A stretch of 64,000 bases of DNA from Eutreptiella sp. 'Long Island Sound 2002'. Taxonomy: Eukaryota > Protista > Euglenida. The DNA lies in the NCBI GenBank assembly GCA_964036045.1, contig OZ038378.1, positions 184,264,001 to 184,328,000 of the forward strand, read 5' to 3'. Below are positions 37,301 to 49,500 of this stretch, in pieces. Under the pieces are notes generated by a model. The model did no database searches and had not been told where the DNA came from. It was given only the letters and a program-made list of their open reading frames with translations. The position numbers were made by a program, and so were the translations under genes. Every line of letters begins with the position of its first letter. The stretch's first letter is position 1.

Positions 37301-40300
37301 GATGACGCTGGACTACCGCACGTACTGCTCCGCGGCGCAGCCGGACAAATGCAGTTGGGTGGACCTGTCGCAGTCCCCCGTGTCCCGCATCAAGTGGAGC
37401 ATGATGCACCACCACTCGATGGACCTGTGGCAGGTGCACTTGTTCATGGACTCGGAGGTCCGCTGGGACCAGTGGCTGCCCAGCACTCGGGTGTGTGTTG
37501 CGTGACCTCAGCCTATTCCCATTCCTGACTAGCGCTCAAAGTTTAACAATTGTGATCCGATAGCGTAGGAAACGGGCCCATGCATCCCCCAATGCACCGG
37601 GATGAGCTCCGATGGGATGGGATGGCGTGGGGTGGTATTTTGTGGGGAGATGGGATGGGATGGGATGGGATGGGATGGGATGGGAGGGGATGGGAGGGGA
37701 CGGGATGGGATGGGATGGGATGGGATGGGATGGGATGGGATGGGATGGGATGGGAGGGGACGGGATGGGATGGGAGGGGAGGGATGTGACGGCGTTGGTT
37801 AGCGGGTCATGGGTCGGATGGCATGGGATACGGTGGGATGATGACGTGGTTCGATGGGATGGGATGCCCTGCCCTTGCAGTGTGGCAGTGTACTGAAGGA
37901 TCCTCACTGCCCACTGCCCCGTGCAGTGTAGAAGTGCTCGGAAGGATTTTCACTGCCCACAACCCCTGCAGTATTTAGGGCGCTCCTGCATTAACCCCAT
38001 TTCATGGTATGGCGCTGAGGATCGCCCTTAGAGAGCGCCCGAAACAAGTGCTCAACCGCCGCCGGTTGCCCTCCAACCGCCTTCGGTCATGCTTCGTCCG
38101 CCGTCGGCTGCCGCCCAACCGCCGTCCCAATATGACTCAGTACATGGTCGGCCACTTTCGTTTTTTCTTTTTATTTTGCAGGAGCGCCCTGTTTTGCCTC
38201 TTCATCTCTCCAAGTAGCACTGGAGGTCAGAGGTTGGAGGTCAGGATTTTTTTTGGACGCTTGCCTTCACATTTTCGTTTTTTTTCGGTGTCACAGGTGC
38301 GATCGCGTGACACTTCGCATGCTCGCGCGACACTTGACCTAGATTTGGCGTGTTGCTGTCGAATTACTCGAGCCCCCAACAATCCCCTGTCTCTTTGGCT
38401 GCTGCGTCGTACCGGGTCATCATATCTGCGTCGCATTCGTGCCAGACGTTTAGCCCTGCCGTGCCATGGTCACGCTTTTTGGCATTTGGGTCACACTCGT
38501 GTCACGTCTGTGGGTCAGTGATTTTCCATTTGTGTCAGCGTGCGTCAGCCTTTCAGTGGTGGTCACATGCAACAGGAAATCTTTCGTGGCCATTTTTGCC
38601 CCCCAAAGCGAGTTCCGTGGGGAGGGGGCGGGGCTTTTTCAAAATCCTCCCCCGCCCCCCAAATCATTTTCCAAGTGCCATACCATTGGCGGGTGCACCG
38701 CAACCTTGAAGGGGTACCCTTCATTGTAGGGTGTCGTGATGTGGCATCGCTTTGCGTTCATGTGTGCACCGCCAGCCTACCAGGGCATGCTGCAGGGCAC
38801 ACCGAGAAGGGCCTGCTGCATGTAACATCGCCCACACAACGCTGGCTTCCAATGCTGCTGATCGGCGTGTAGCCACTCAGTGTGACTCCTGCCACACCTT
38901 CGGGGCTCGTGACCACTTGGGGGGGGGGGGAGGGGGCTGAAGGCGTTTTCAGCTCACGTAGGCGACAAAAGGCCACCAGCAAAAAAGAAGGGACCGGCAA
39001 TTGTGAAGAATCGGAAACGGCCTCAATGAGCACAGACGGCGCCAGTTCTGCACCAAAAGCGGAAAAAGGCGAGGCGGAATAAATGTAAGGGCAGTGAAAC
39101 GGCCAGGGCTGCAACCGCCCAATTATTGGCTCTGTACGTATGTTTGGCGTCCTACTGGCCTTGCCTTTACCAAAACAGCTGCGACACAGCGCACTTCTGT
39201 TATTGGACAGCGCCTTTTCACAAACAAAAAGTTTTCTTTCTCACAGAACTTCCAAGAACAAACCACAAAAGCCCTTCTGACGACGCAGGCCGTGTAAATG
39301 TCTGGTATTGGGGGTTGCTGCCACCTGGTGGATGGCCTGCCAGCGCCCGCAGGGGAGTGGACGCCACGGAACAGTGGTAAGCAGGGGGGAAAACACTCCA
39401 CTCTCACCCACAAATCGCACTCTCCTCCCCTCACTCCCCCCATCCACACACCCACAGCCACACCAAGACATCCGGACATTCACAGTCACCTCTCTCTCGC
39501 TTACTCCCTTGCGCCCTCTCTGTGTGCCCGCTTGCGTGTGTACATGCCCTGCCGTGCTTTCGCTGATTTCCTGCCTATCTGCAATGATCAGGACTATGCT
39601 GACAGTGACGAGAGCCTGCTGGACTACCTGCGCTATGTCGTCATTGAGGTGGTGGTGCCCTGCACGACAGCCCGTGTGGTGCGGTGGATGGACAGCATCC
39701 TGACGGTACTACCTGTGTCTACACCTGCGTGACTGCCGCACCCCACGGGGAGTGTTTGGCAAAGGGATGCCCTTTACGGGCACTGGAAGTAGGTCAACAC
39801 ATCGAGATGCACATCACTTCATCCCAGCACCAGCACCGGTGTCCTGTCAGGGCTGTCGATGACGTGAGTGGAATGAAATAAGGCCGGTTTGGGGGTCCAG
39901 TGTCAGGCGAGCGTCAAACAAAAGTGACAACGTTTTCTTCCATTCAATTTCCTATTTTATCTTTTGGCAGCGTTTTTGTTTTTTGCAGGGTCTTGATGAT
40001 CCATCGGCGCCGCAGCTCTGTTGCAATGGTGCTTGGAGTTCCCATGGCGGGTGAAAATTCACTGGCGGCGGCGGGAGGGGGGGCACTCGAGCCCCCCAAA
40101 ATAGTGTGTGTGTGTGTGTGTGTGTGTGTTTCGGCGCGGCATCCAATACATGCATACATACATCTCTTGCTTGCACTGTGACTGATCGGTGCTGGCCTGT
40201 GAAACCTGCTGTTCTGTGACTGGACCCTTGGTGCAGCAGCCGGCCTCCCATAGAAGTCAGCGATGACAGTGAGACGTCACACCAAGGTGCTCGCTGATGG

Positions 40301-40485
40301 AGAGAGATAACTTGGTAAACCAAAGTTGCAGCTGGCCCTGAGCACCAGTCACCTGCTGTCTGTTGCTTACCGCTTGCTGCTTCCCGCAGGTCAGACCTGC
40401 TGAGGGCTGGAATAACCCTTCCGGACATGGCTTACACATGTTTCTTAACCACCTTTCTTGCTCCGTTCTTGTTTCGTGGTTCTCC

Positions 40486-40532
<47 letters not shown>

Positions 40533-43500
40533 AACAGGGGCTCCATGACTGAGCAGTACATTTGGAAAAAGTAGGCATTTTGTACCAGCCCTTTGCTATT
40601 CGAGCGCACTGGCCGGCAGGTGACAGCTCATGGCTCATTCAGCGTCTTTGCGAGTGCAAGGGTGGTGATGCCCCCCAAGGGCCAGACCTCCTTTCTTTTG
40701 TGTCAATGGCTTTTGCACCCTCCTTCTCGGCGGATCCATTGGGAAAGAGGGGAGAAGGACAAACGGGTGACCGGGGACGCCCGGGGCTGCTCATCAGGTT
40801 TTCCTCATTCACGAGCAATGCCCATCCCTCTTATAAAGCGGGGCTGGAAATTAGGCTCCGTCACGGGTGCCCCTTTGGGGGGGCGGGTTGCGGTTGGGAA
40901 AAGGGGCTTGAGTGACCCCCACCCCCCGCAAACAAACTCTTCACCGACCCAAAGTGTCTGTGGGAGTCCGTTTGCCTTTCTGCATCCCTCCAAGGGGCAC
41001 TGGAGGTCAGCTGGAATTTGTTTTCTGTGCTCATCTTGACATAAGAAAAAGGGTGCGCGCTGTGACAAAGAAGAAAAGTCGAAAAGCATGCTTCGTTTTC
41101 GTATTGTTGTGCCATCGGTGCCACATGAGCGCTGGCGTGGCACTTCGCATGGGCCCCGATTCATTTGGTCCCAAGACCGTGAAGTTTGGAGGGTGCCGTT
41201 CCCCGCGTCAGATGTGCGACCTCCGTCGCAGGGCCGTGAGGGGCCGTGCCATTCACACTCATTTGATTGAATGCGTACAACACTGCCAAATGGGGGCGGT
41301 TGGCTACGCCGTGCGGCAGGCACGACGCCAGACCTGCGGGGAGGTGTCACGCTCCCAGGCCGTCACAAGGGCAGCATTTGCAATTTGAAGCAGTGGGACA
41401 GACATTCCACCCTCACCCACGAAACTGCAATCCCCCCCCCCCCCCCACAACAACGCCTCAATTAGGTCCCATCCCCCCCTTCCCCTTCCCCCACCCCTGA
41501 CCCCATCAGACAGGGCATCACACACCCCTGGCCGCCCACCCATTCCTCGTCCCTGGCCATCCATGGCACTGCACTGACACTCGCAGCACCGCAGGCAATG
41601 CGTGCCCTGGGACGCCCGGGTGTGCGCCAAGCCTTCCCGATGGCGTCAACCGTCATCTTGGCGTTCTGCGTTCCCTGGGTCAGGGCCAGGGAGGTGCAGG
41701 ACAAAAGGGGAAGGAGGGGGCCCCAGGAGACCCCACGGTCCAAACCCTCCGTCCCCACCGACGGTGAACAATGAGGAACCGACCTGGGGCCCAGCGGCAC
41801 CCGGAAAATATTTTGGCCTCAGTGGACCGGGGCCCAAAATTCTACCCCCATTGCCCCCCATCGTCCCCCATACCGCCATTTGTGGGGAATGGCAAAAGGG
41901 GAATGTGTCCCCGGTTTTGTGTGGATTCAAAATACTCCGAATGCAACGGGGAATTCAGAAATGCCCCCCGAACCCAAAAAAAAAGACCCACCTCTCGGAT
42001 CCCCCCTGCCCATGCCACGGGGGTTGGGGCCCGGAACTGAACTGCCCCCCGGTGCTGCCAGCCCTCCATTCCCCTCAGGGCACCCTCGTGTCTGAAACAC
42101 GGCGGCGGGGCTGTCACCCACCACACACACAGAGGCCCCCCTGCCCCTGCCTTCCGTCTGGCTGCACGGCGCCAGAGTCCGAAGCTACAAAGATGGGACT
42201 GCGCAACGGGTGTTTGAGTTTTTTTGCGCCGCGGGTTGTGGCAAACACCCCCAGTGCCCCTGAGTGTTGGGGGGGGGCTACTGATATGCCCCCAGGGATT
42301 CAAGTGGCGCACGATTGAGTCGAGGGCCGGGGGGGGCACATGCCATAAGCAGCGGCAACTGATTCGCAGGGGCCAAAGGCTTTCTTGGCACCGCAACTGC
42401 AACGACAACCATTAGTCTGGAGCCTGCGCAGCGACAGCCCCGGGAGCAGGTCGCCCATGTTGAGCACTTCTGTCCGCCTGCCCCCCCCGCCATCGCCACC
42501 GTCAGGGCCTCATCGACGAGCTGTACAGCGCCAAACACCCCGCGGACCCCACGGCCGGTCCGCAGGGGCTCCGCGACTGGAAGTCGTGGATTGACAGCAG
42601 CGTGATTGTGTACGTGCACAACGCCACGGTGCTGGAGGGGCCCGCGAAGGCCACGCAGCTGGCGATGTCGCTGGTGCGCGACGGCAAGCACACGGACGAG
42701 CAGGTGTGCCTCACGAAGAAGTTCCCGCTGTCCGGCACGCCGCACGTCGAGGCCGTGGACCTGTGCATCAACAGCCAGGACCTGCACGACCGCCTCAAGC
42801 GCGCCACGGTCCACTGGGTGGTGGTGCTGAAGCGACACACTGGGTGTGCTCCATGCGTGCCTTGCATGTGCACTGTCTCTGGGGCCGTCCCTGCCCCACT
42901 ACTTCGCCCCTGCTTGGGTTTGGCCGACTCCTGCCTTTGCTTTGATGCTTTACCGTCCTGCTTAGCGACTGGTGCGTCTGGTGGAATTGGTCCTGGGCAT
43001 TGACACCGAGACACCGAGACATCCCAGTGCACCTGTGCAGCATGGCCCAGTGCTCCCAACCCCAGTGCACCACACCCCCGGTGCACTGGGTGTGGTACAC
43101 TCCCCCTCTCACAGAGAGGCGCGGGTAGCGGCGCGCGGTGGATGGCTCCCTTGAGGTTTGGGTGTGAGGAGCAGTTGGATTTGCTTTGGTTTGGTTGGGT
43201 CAAGAACGAGAAGGTCACAGAGGAAAGAGGTTGAATGAAACACGGTAATAAGAGTGGCATAGCAGGTGCCATGTCTGGCTTGGAGGGGGGGGGGGGGCAC
43301 CCACACCGTGAAGCGGAGACCCAAAGCCAAAGCCAAAGCCAAAGCCCAGTGCACCAGACCCCCAGTGCACGACACCCTGGTGCACCACACCCCAGTCCAG
43401 TGCAGCCCCCCGCCGTGCAGCACACTTACCACCCACCCACCCCAGTCTACCATGCACATGCCCCAGTCGGCCACGCCACTGATTCCAAAGGTTGGACTTG

Positions 43501-46500
43501 CATGTGGTGGACTAGGTGTGGTGTGGTATGGTGTGCTGAAGGCGCTGTTACCAAAAGGCAATGGCCGAGAGGGTCTTGCATACGGGTAATGCAAGCCGGG
43601 AGGGCTGTGTGTGTGTGCTGTGTGTTGTGTGTTGCGCACCTGTGCGCTGGCTGGAGTCGTCCCCATGCTTGGTGGGCTTAGTTCATGGCCGCCCTGGGGA
43701 CTCCTTGCCGCTCCGCTTGCTCGTGCAGCTGCAGCTCCCGTAGGGTATATGTCATGGTACCTCATATGGGTCCCGCATGGGCCTTCATGAGACCTTCCCA
43801 GGCCTTGGCGTGTTCGAGCCAGACTTTCTGTGATTCCGACTGTATTTGCCGGATGAACTCCGTCCCAATGTCGTGTGGCCCCGCCAGTCCCATATGGGCC
43901 GCTCGCACGGACGGTGTGGCGATTGCCGCTGACCATTGTTCTAGGCCGGTGGGGTCCCACAGTTGGCCCTGCACCTGTGAAGCCCGCGGCCCAAGGTAGG
44001 TGGTGAGCCATGTATGCAGGCGCTGTCGGGCTGGGCGCCACTCATGGGACTGCACTGGGCACTCCCACAGGTGGCGGGCTGCTGTTGCACAGTAAGCACT
44101 GCGTGCTCAGCCATACGTTGCGGTGTGCCGAGTGTTCCACCAGCATCGTCAGGGTGGGCAGGTTGTGCATGCGGTGGGCCACGAGATGCCGCTGCTGGTC
44201 ACTGGTGCAAGACACCACACTACACACTGCGCCTCAGTCTACCGTACCACGCCGCACCACATCTCACATTTCACATCCCCCAGGATGCAGTTGCCCATCC
44301 GCCACTACAACATGAAGTTCTGCATGGAACTGGAGCGGCGTTATGCCGAGGGCTCGCACATCGTGACGTACAGCCGTTGCGATGTGCGCCGCGATTCGCG
44401 CGCCCCGCAGCACCCGGGTGGCGGTGTGCGCGTGCACCTGGACCTGATGGTGGAGGTGACCGACCGCGGCAACGGCGCGTCGGAAGTGCAGAAGGTCGTG
44501 CGGGTCCCCAACCACATCGACGTCATGGACTGTCTCCGGGAGACGCCGCATCTGCTGCACGAGTTTTCGTCGCGAAACGGGGTGTGAGAGTGGGTGGGTG
44601 TGCACAAGGGTGGGTGAGAGGCAGGCGGTGGGCCTGGAAAATGGGAGGGGCAGTGGCAGTGTAACAGGGGGCGGGCTGGGGGACCGGGATGTGCATTGGT
44701 GGATCGCTGCACATGCACAGGCTGTGTCACAACTCAGAACGAATACGCCTCGGACTGTCCCACTGTTGACTTTAAGTTTTTTTCTTCCGCTTGGGACGGG
44801 TGCTGTTGGACTCCGGACATGCACTTCGGAGTAGGTACAGGAAGGGGGGGAGGGATTTGGGCACGGGTCAATTTCATGGGGGAACGAATGCTCGTTGGGT
44901 CGGTGGCTTACATTTCGGTTCTGCAGATGCCGCAGTTGTCCAACAATCTCAGTCTAGACGGCGAGACTGGGGCTACGCGGCAGGTCCTATAGATACGGAC
45001 AGCCAAACCATCCCAGTCCCGCCGGCGAGGCTGCAGGGTTGATTTCCCACAGCGCAGTGCCTTGCCAAGGGCACTCAGACGCCCGAAGCGGGGCCGCAGG
45101 GTGTGGGCCTGCAAAACGGTGCTCATTTGATGGAGCCATTGATCATTGACGAGAAAAATCACAGCGCTTATTGGATTCAATTAGGGTCCATTCGCTGGCA
45201 TGCGCCATCGCCGCCTGTGGGCCCTCGGTTTTGTGACAGAACGCCCTGGCTCGCTCCCCGGGTATTGGGCATACAGCTGACGAATGTGCGCATTCCCTCC
45301 GCAGGCGCGTCGCACCCCCCCCCCCCCCCTCCGCGCGCCCGCCCACGCACACAGGCACCCTGACGGCGTCTCCCGCTCACCTGCGCTACGGTGTGGTCCA
45401 TGGGAGCTGTCCTAGTCCGTTCGGCCTTGGAACCGGACAGCCAGGATTTGGGACCAGTGCCACGCAGTGAAGGACACGCAGGCCTGCAAACCCCTCCTGT
45501 GTGAGGCCCTGTCCCAACCCCCCCCCGTCCTGCATCAGGTGCTGTTCCTGGGCTCCGGCTTCTCCATCCCGGCGGCGCTGCCCAACTGGGCGGACCTGCT
45601 GAAGCAGGCGGCGTCGGAGGCGCAGCAGTTGCTGTTCGTTGGCCGCGACGTCGAGCTGGACGACGACACACGCATCGTCTCGCGGTCCGTCAACCGGGAC
45701 GCCCTGCAGCTGACGGTTGTGAAGGCCGGCCGGCAGAAGGCGGAGGTCAAACTGCCGAGGGAGCAGCTGCGGACCATGAGCCGCGAGGTGTCCAATCTGC
45801 TGTCGGACCCGTCGGGCGTGTTCTCGGCGGAGGTGCTGGAGCTGGCGGGGCAGCTTCTGGAGGACTCGTTGGGGGACATCCTCAAGTGGCTGCTGAAGAG
45901 GATGCTGGAACGCGGCAACAAGGTGGCCCCTCCTCCTGCCCTCGCCCATGAAAGCCCAACCGTTAGCTGGTTTGTACTTATGCTCAGTGCCGAGTTCGAT
46001 TCCCATGAACCAGTGGAGTGCGATCTGGGAGTGGCGGCCTGACTATCCTGGCCATGAATCGTTCGGAGGCAAGGCTGGACCAAGGTCTACGCGACCTCCT
46101 GGAAGTGGGGGTACGGTATTTCGAACAAAACAATTTTCCAACGGAAATGTACTTTCAACAAAACGGTTTTCCCAGTGAACAAAGTTTTCCAACAAACTGT
46201 GTCTTCGACAGAAAAGTTCTCCAACATTTGTTTGTTGGAAAAACAACTGGAACTGGAACAACAACTCAATTTTTCTTGGCACAACCAATTTTTTTCCCAG
46301 AATTGTTCGTTGCAAATAAATTTTTGGAGAATTTTGTTTGCTGGAAACATCTTTTCGTTGGAAGATTTATTTGTTGGCAAAGTACGGCATTGCGGTCGGA
46401 TTGATGGCAATTGATTTGTATTGGTTTCTACCATCCGAACCCATGCACCAGAGTACAATGGTTCTGGAGCAGGGTCCGAGGCCTTTGGCACTGGTGCGTC

Positions 46501-49500
46501 GCGGCTGCGAGGCGACCAGCCCAAAATACTGGATTGCGAGGGACAATAGACAAGCAGGTTGCACACCATCAGAGCCGAGCCCAGGGCACACAGATAAAGG
46601 GGGTCGACAGCTCACATTCCTCGCCTGCGACATATAATGTGGGCGCAGGGGAGCGGACGCCGCGGGCGTAGAATACCGCGACTGTGAGCAGTGGGACAGA
46701 CACCAGATTCAGTCCCACAACCCCCGCCCCCCCCCCCAAGTGCTTCCTTCCCAAGAATACTTTTTCCCACCGTCCGTTGACACGCAGTAGTCTGTACACA
46801 GGTTCCCCTTCAAAACCCAAAGTGGTGCGTGCACCCGGGAGTACCGCAGGAACCGGCACGCGTATCTCAGCCCTTGTGGCAACCAAACGTACTCCCTCCA
46901 CACGTACACCCCAGCCGCCCCTCTCCTGGGCGGCGGTTTGACAGTCTCCGGGAGCGGTCCAAAAAAGGGGGGGGGGACTGTGGGCGTCCTGAAGGACCGC
47001 CCTGCTGCTGTATTTCGGATGGGGTGGGGGTGGGCCAGGGCTTCTTTAGAATCATTAAAAACCAAGGGGGGGGGGCCTCCCCCAAAACCCCCTCCCCCCC
47101 TCCCCAGACCAAAGTGACCATAGTGGGAAAAAACGAAATTTACAATAGGGAAAATCTGGTCAGGCCATTTTTGGTACACCAAGTTTTGGGTCCCAAACCC
47201 CCTCCCCCTCTCCCCCCCCCTGCTCAAAAGAAGCCCTGGGGTGGGCTGCTCGGCCCACTGCCCATGACAGGACTGACCTGGACCAACAGCAGCAGGTCAC
47301 ACAAAATGTGGCTCTGGACCCGGGGTGTACCACACGGCACGCGACCAGCCTCTGTGTGCCTTGGAATCAAGTGGCGGTTGAAGTCAAGCATTTGAGAGGC
47401 CCGGGGGGGACGGGGACACGGGGTGTGTGCAGGCTGTGGCTCCGGGTGCATCGCGTTTTAGAGAGGGGGGCTACTGGAGGGGGGTTAGTCATAAATGGGG
47501 GCGGGGGGTCTATCAGTCCGGAGTGCCATAGGGCGCCTTGAAGGCGTGGTGGGCTTCATGTATGCCGGTAAACTGCAACAACAGTCCTTGGCCTTAGGGG
47601 TGGGCGGTGAGTGGTAAACAGAAGTCTTCCTCCCCTTCGGTGCACTTACTGTGTGCAGGTGATTTGTTGACGTCCTATTGGATTTATGTTGAGGGGAACC
47701 TGCACCACATTCTGGACACTTCGACTTCGCTCCGCAAGTGTAGGTGGGGGGGGCGCCAGGGAACGCTCCCACAGGCTCATCCCCCCCTCCCCCGACCACA
47801 AAGGCTTTGTGCCAACGCCCCCCCCCCGACCCCACTTGTACGCCACGCAGAAGTGGGGTCAAGTCACGTTGAACGTAGTCGCGTGGGGTCGCGTCAAGTA
47901 GAATTAGGTTTCGGGCCTGGCCTAATCGCTTGTTTCCGCGCCGTCGTCTCTGCAGTCCGCCCCGCCTCCTTCCCTTTGCACGTCCGTTCAGATGGAGGCG
48001 GGGAAGGTGCTGAACGGGGACTACATCTTGTCCCGCAGCGAGGAGTACCCGGTCATGGCAGCCCGCATGCTCATGGTCAAGCACTTGCCCGTCCGTGGCA
48101 TCCTGACCACCAACTACGACCAGTTGCTGTGCCTGTGTACCGAGGTCCGTCACTGCCTCGGCCTACTGCCTGTCCACGCCCCCCTCCGACACCGATGGGG
48201 CCACCCCCCGCTTCTCTTGCTCAACCGCCAGCGGTCACCGCCCCTGCCAACGCAGGCAGCAACGGACGGCTTCCGCTGCTTTGCGGCGCCCCTGCCTGAC
48301 CTGCACTGTGCACAAGCCATGTCGAGGGGCGCCGCGGAGCGATGTGTCTTGGCCCTCACTTCTTCCTTCAACAGTTGAGCCATCAGCTGTGCATTACACA
48401 CCTTCGTCACCTCAAATCACGGGTGGATGTGATATTGACGCAGTTATTTTGGTCGCCGCGCGGGGGTGGGGGGGGGGCAGAAGGGGCTCTTGAGGGCGTG
48501 ATGACAAATGACGAGTTACGAAGTTCTCACAACGGTCGTGAGAAAAGGGCCGTCTGAGAACTGGTGATGGCTCATGAAGTGGGCCGCCAAGCGGCCCCGA
48601 GGGCAATTTTCCGGGAAGGAAAAACACTTCGCAGCACAAAAAGATCATCGCATCATGGGGTCTATGTTGGGGTGTCAGAGACCCCGGCTCCAGCCCCTTT
48701 GGGGCCCCTGTGGACGACAAGAGGCACAGCAGCGCAAAGCGGTCACAGGGTGATGGGCTCCAAACACGTCACCAGGCCACACAGCACAATGAATTAGTCA
48801 TGAGGCTGGCCGCCTTTCTGCTGCAGGACAGTGTAGAGAGTGAAGCACAGGAGCCTCTCATTTATCGCAAAGATCACTCGCTCCCACCCGCTGATCGTAC
48901 CCACCCATCTGCAGCCATGGGGAGGGGAAGAATGTGTACGTGTACCCGCAGCACAGATTTACGTGTTGTGATTGATTGTTTGGAAGGGTGTGGAGGGTGG
49001 ACCCAAGCGTAACCGCTTGCTCGCACACACGCGCGCGTCCACACACACACGAGCGTGCGTGAGTGCGATCCCAAAGTGGTGCAGGATTTCTCCAGAAATC
49101 GGGCACTGCCGAAAACCTCCGAAGAGATGGTATGCCTGCCGCAAGCTGCCTCCCAACATGCAAAGTGGACGGTCGTTGTTGCTCGTCGTCGATAGTCGGG
49201 GTCAATGTTTGTCATCGTTGTTGTTGGTTCACCGTTTGTCGTTGGTCGCGGCTGGCCGATCGCGGATGGGCGTTGTTGGTGGTCGTTGTTGTGGGTCGCT
49301 GCAGGCGCCTCGTCCGCTCGCCCACTCCCCACCGCTCGACGCCCCGCCTTCCAGGACGAACGCAAGCAGTTCATGTGCTGCGTGTGCCGGGGCTTCACGC
49401 CGCAGACGACCGGGAACAAGCCGCAGTACCTGACGCTGATCCGGAACCACGGCCGCGAGCGGGAGCACGAGCCGTTCAGTGCGCAGCGGCACGAGGAGCG

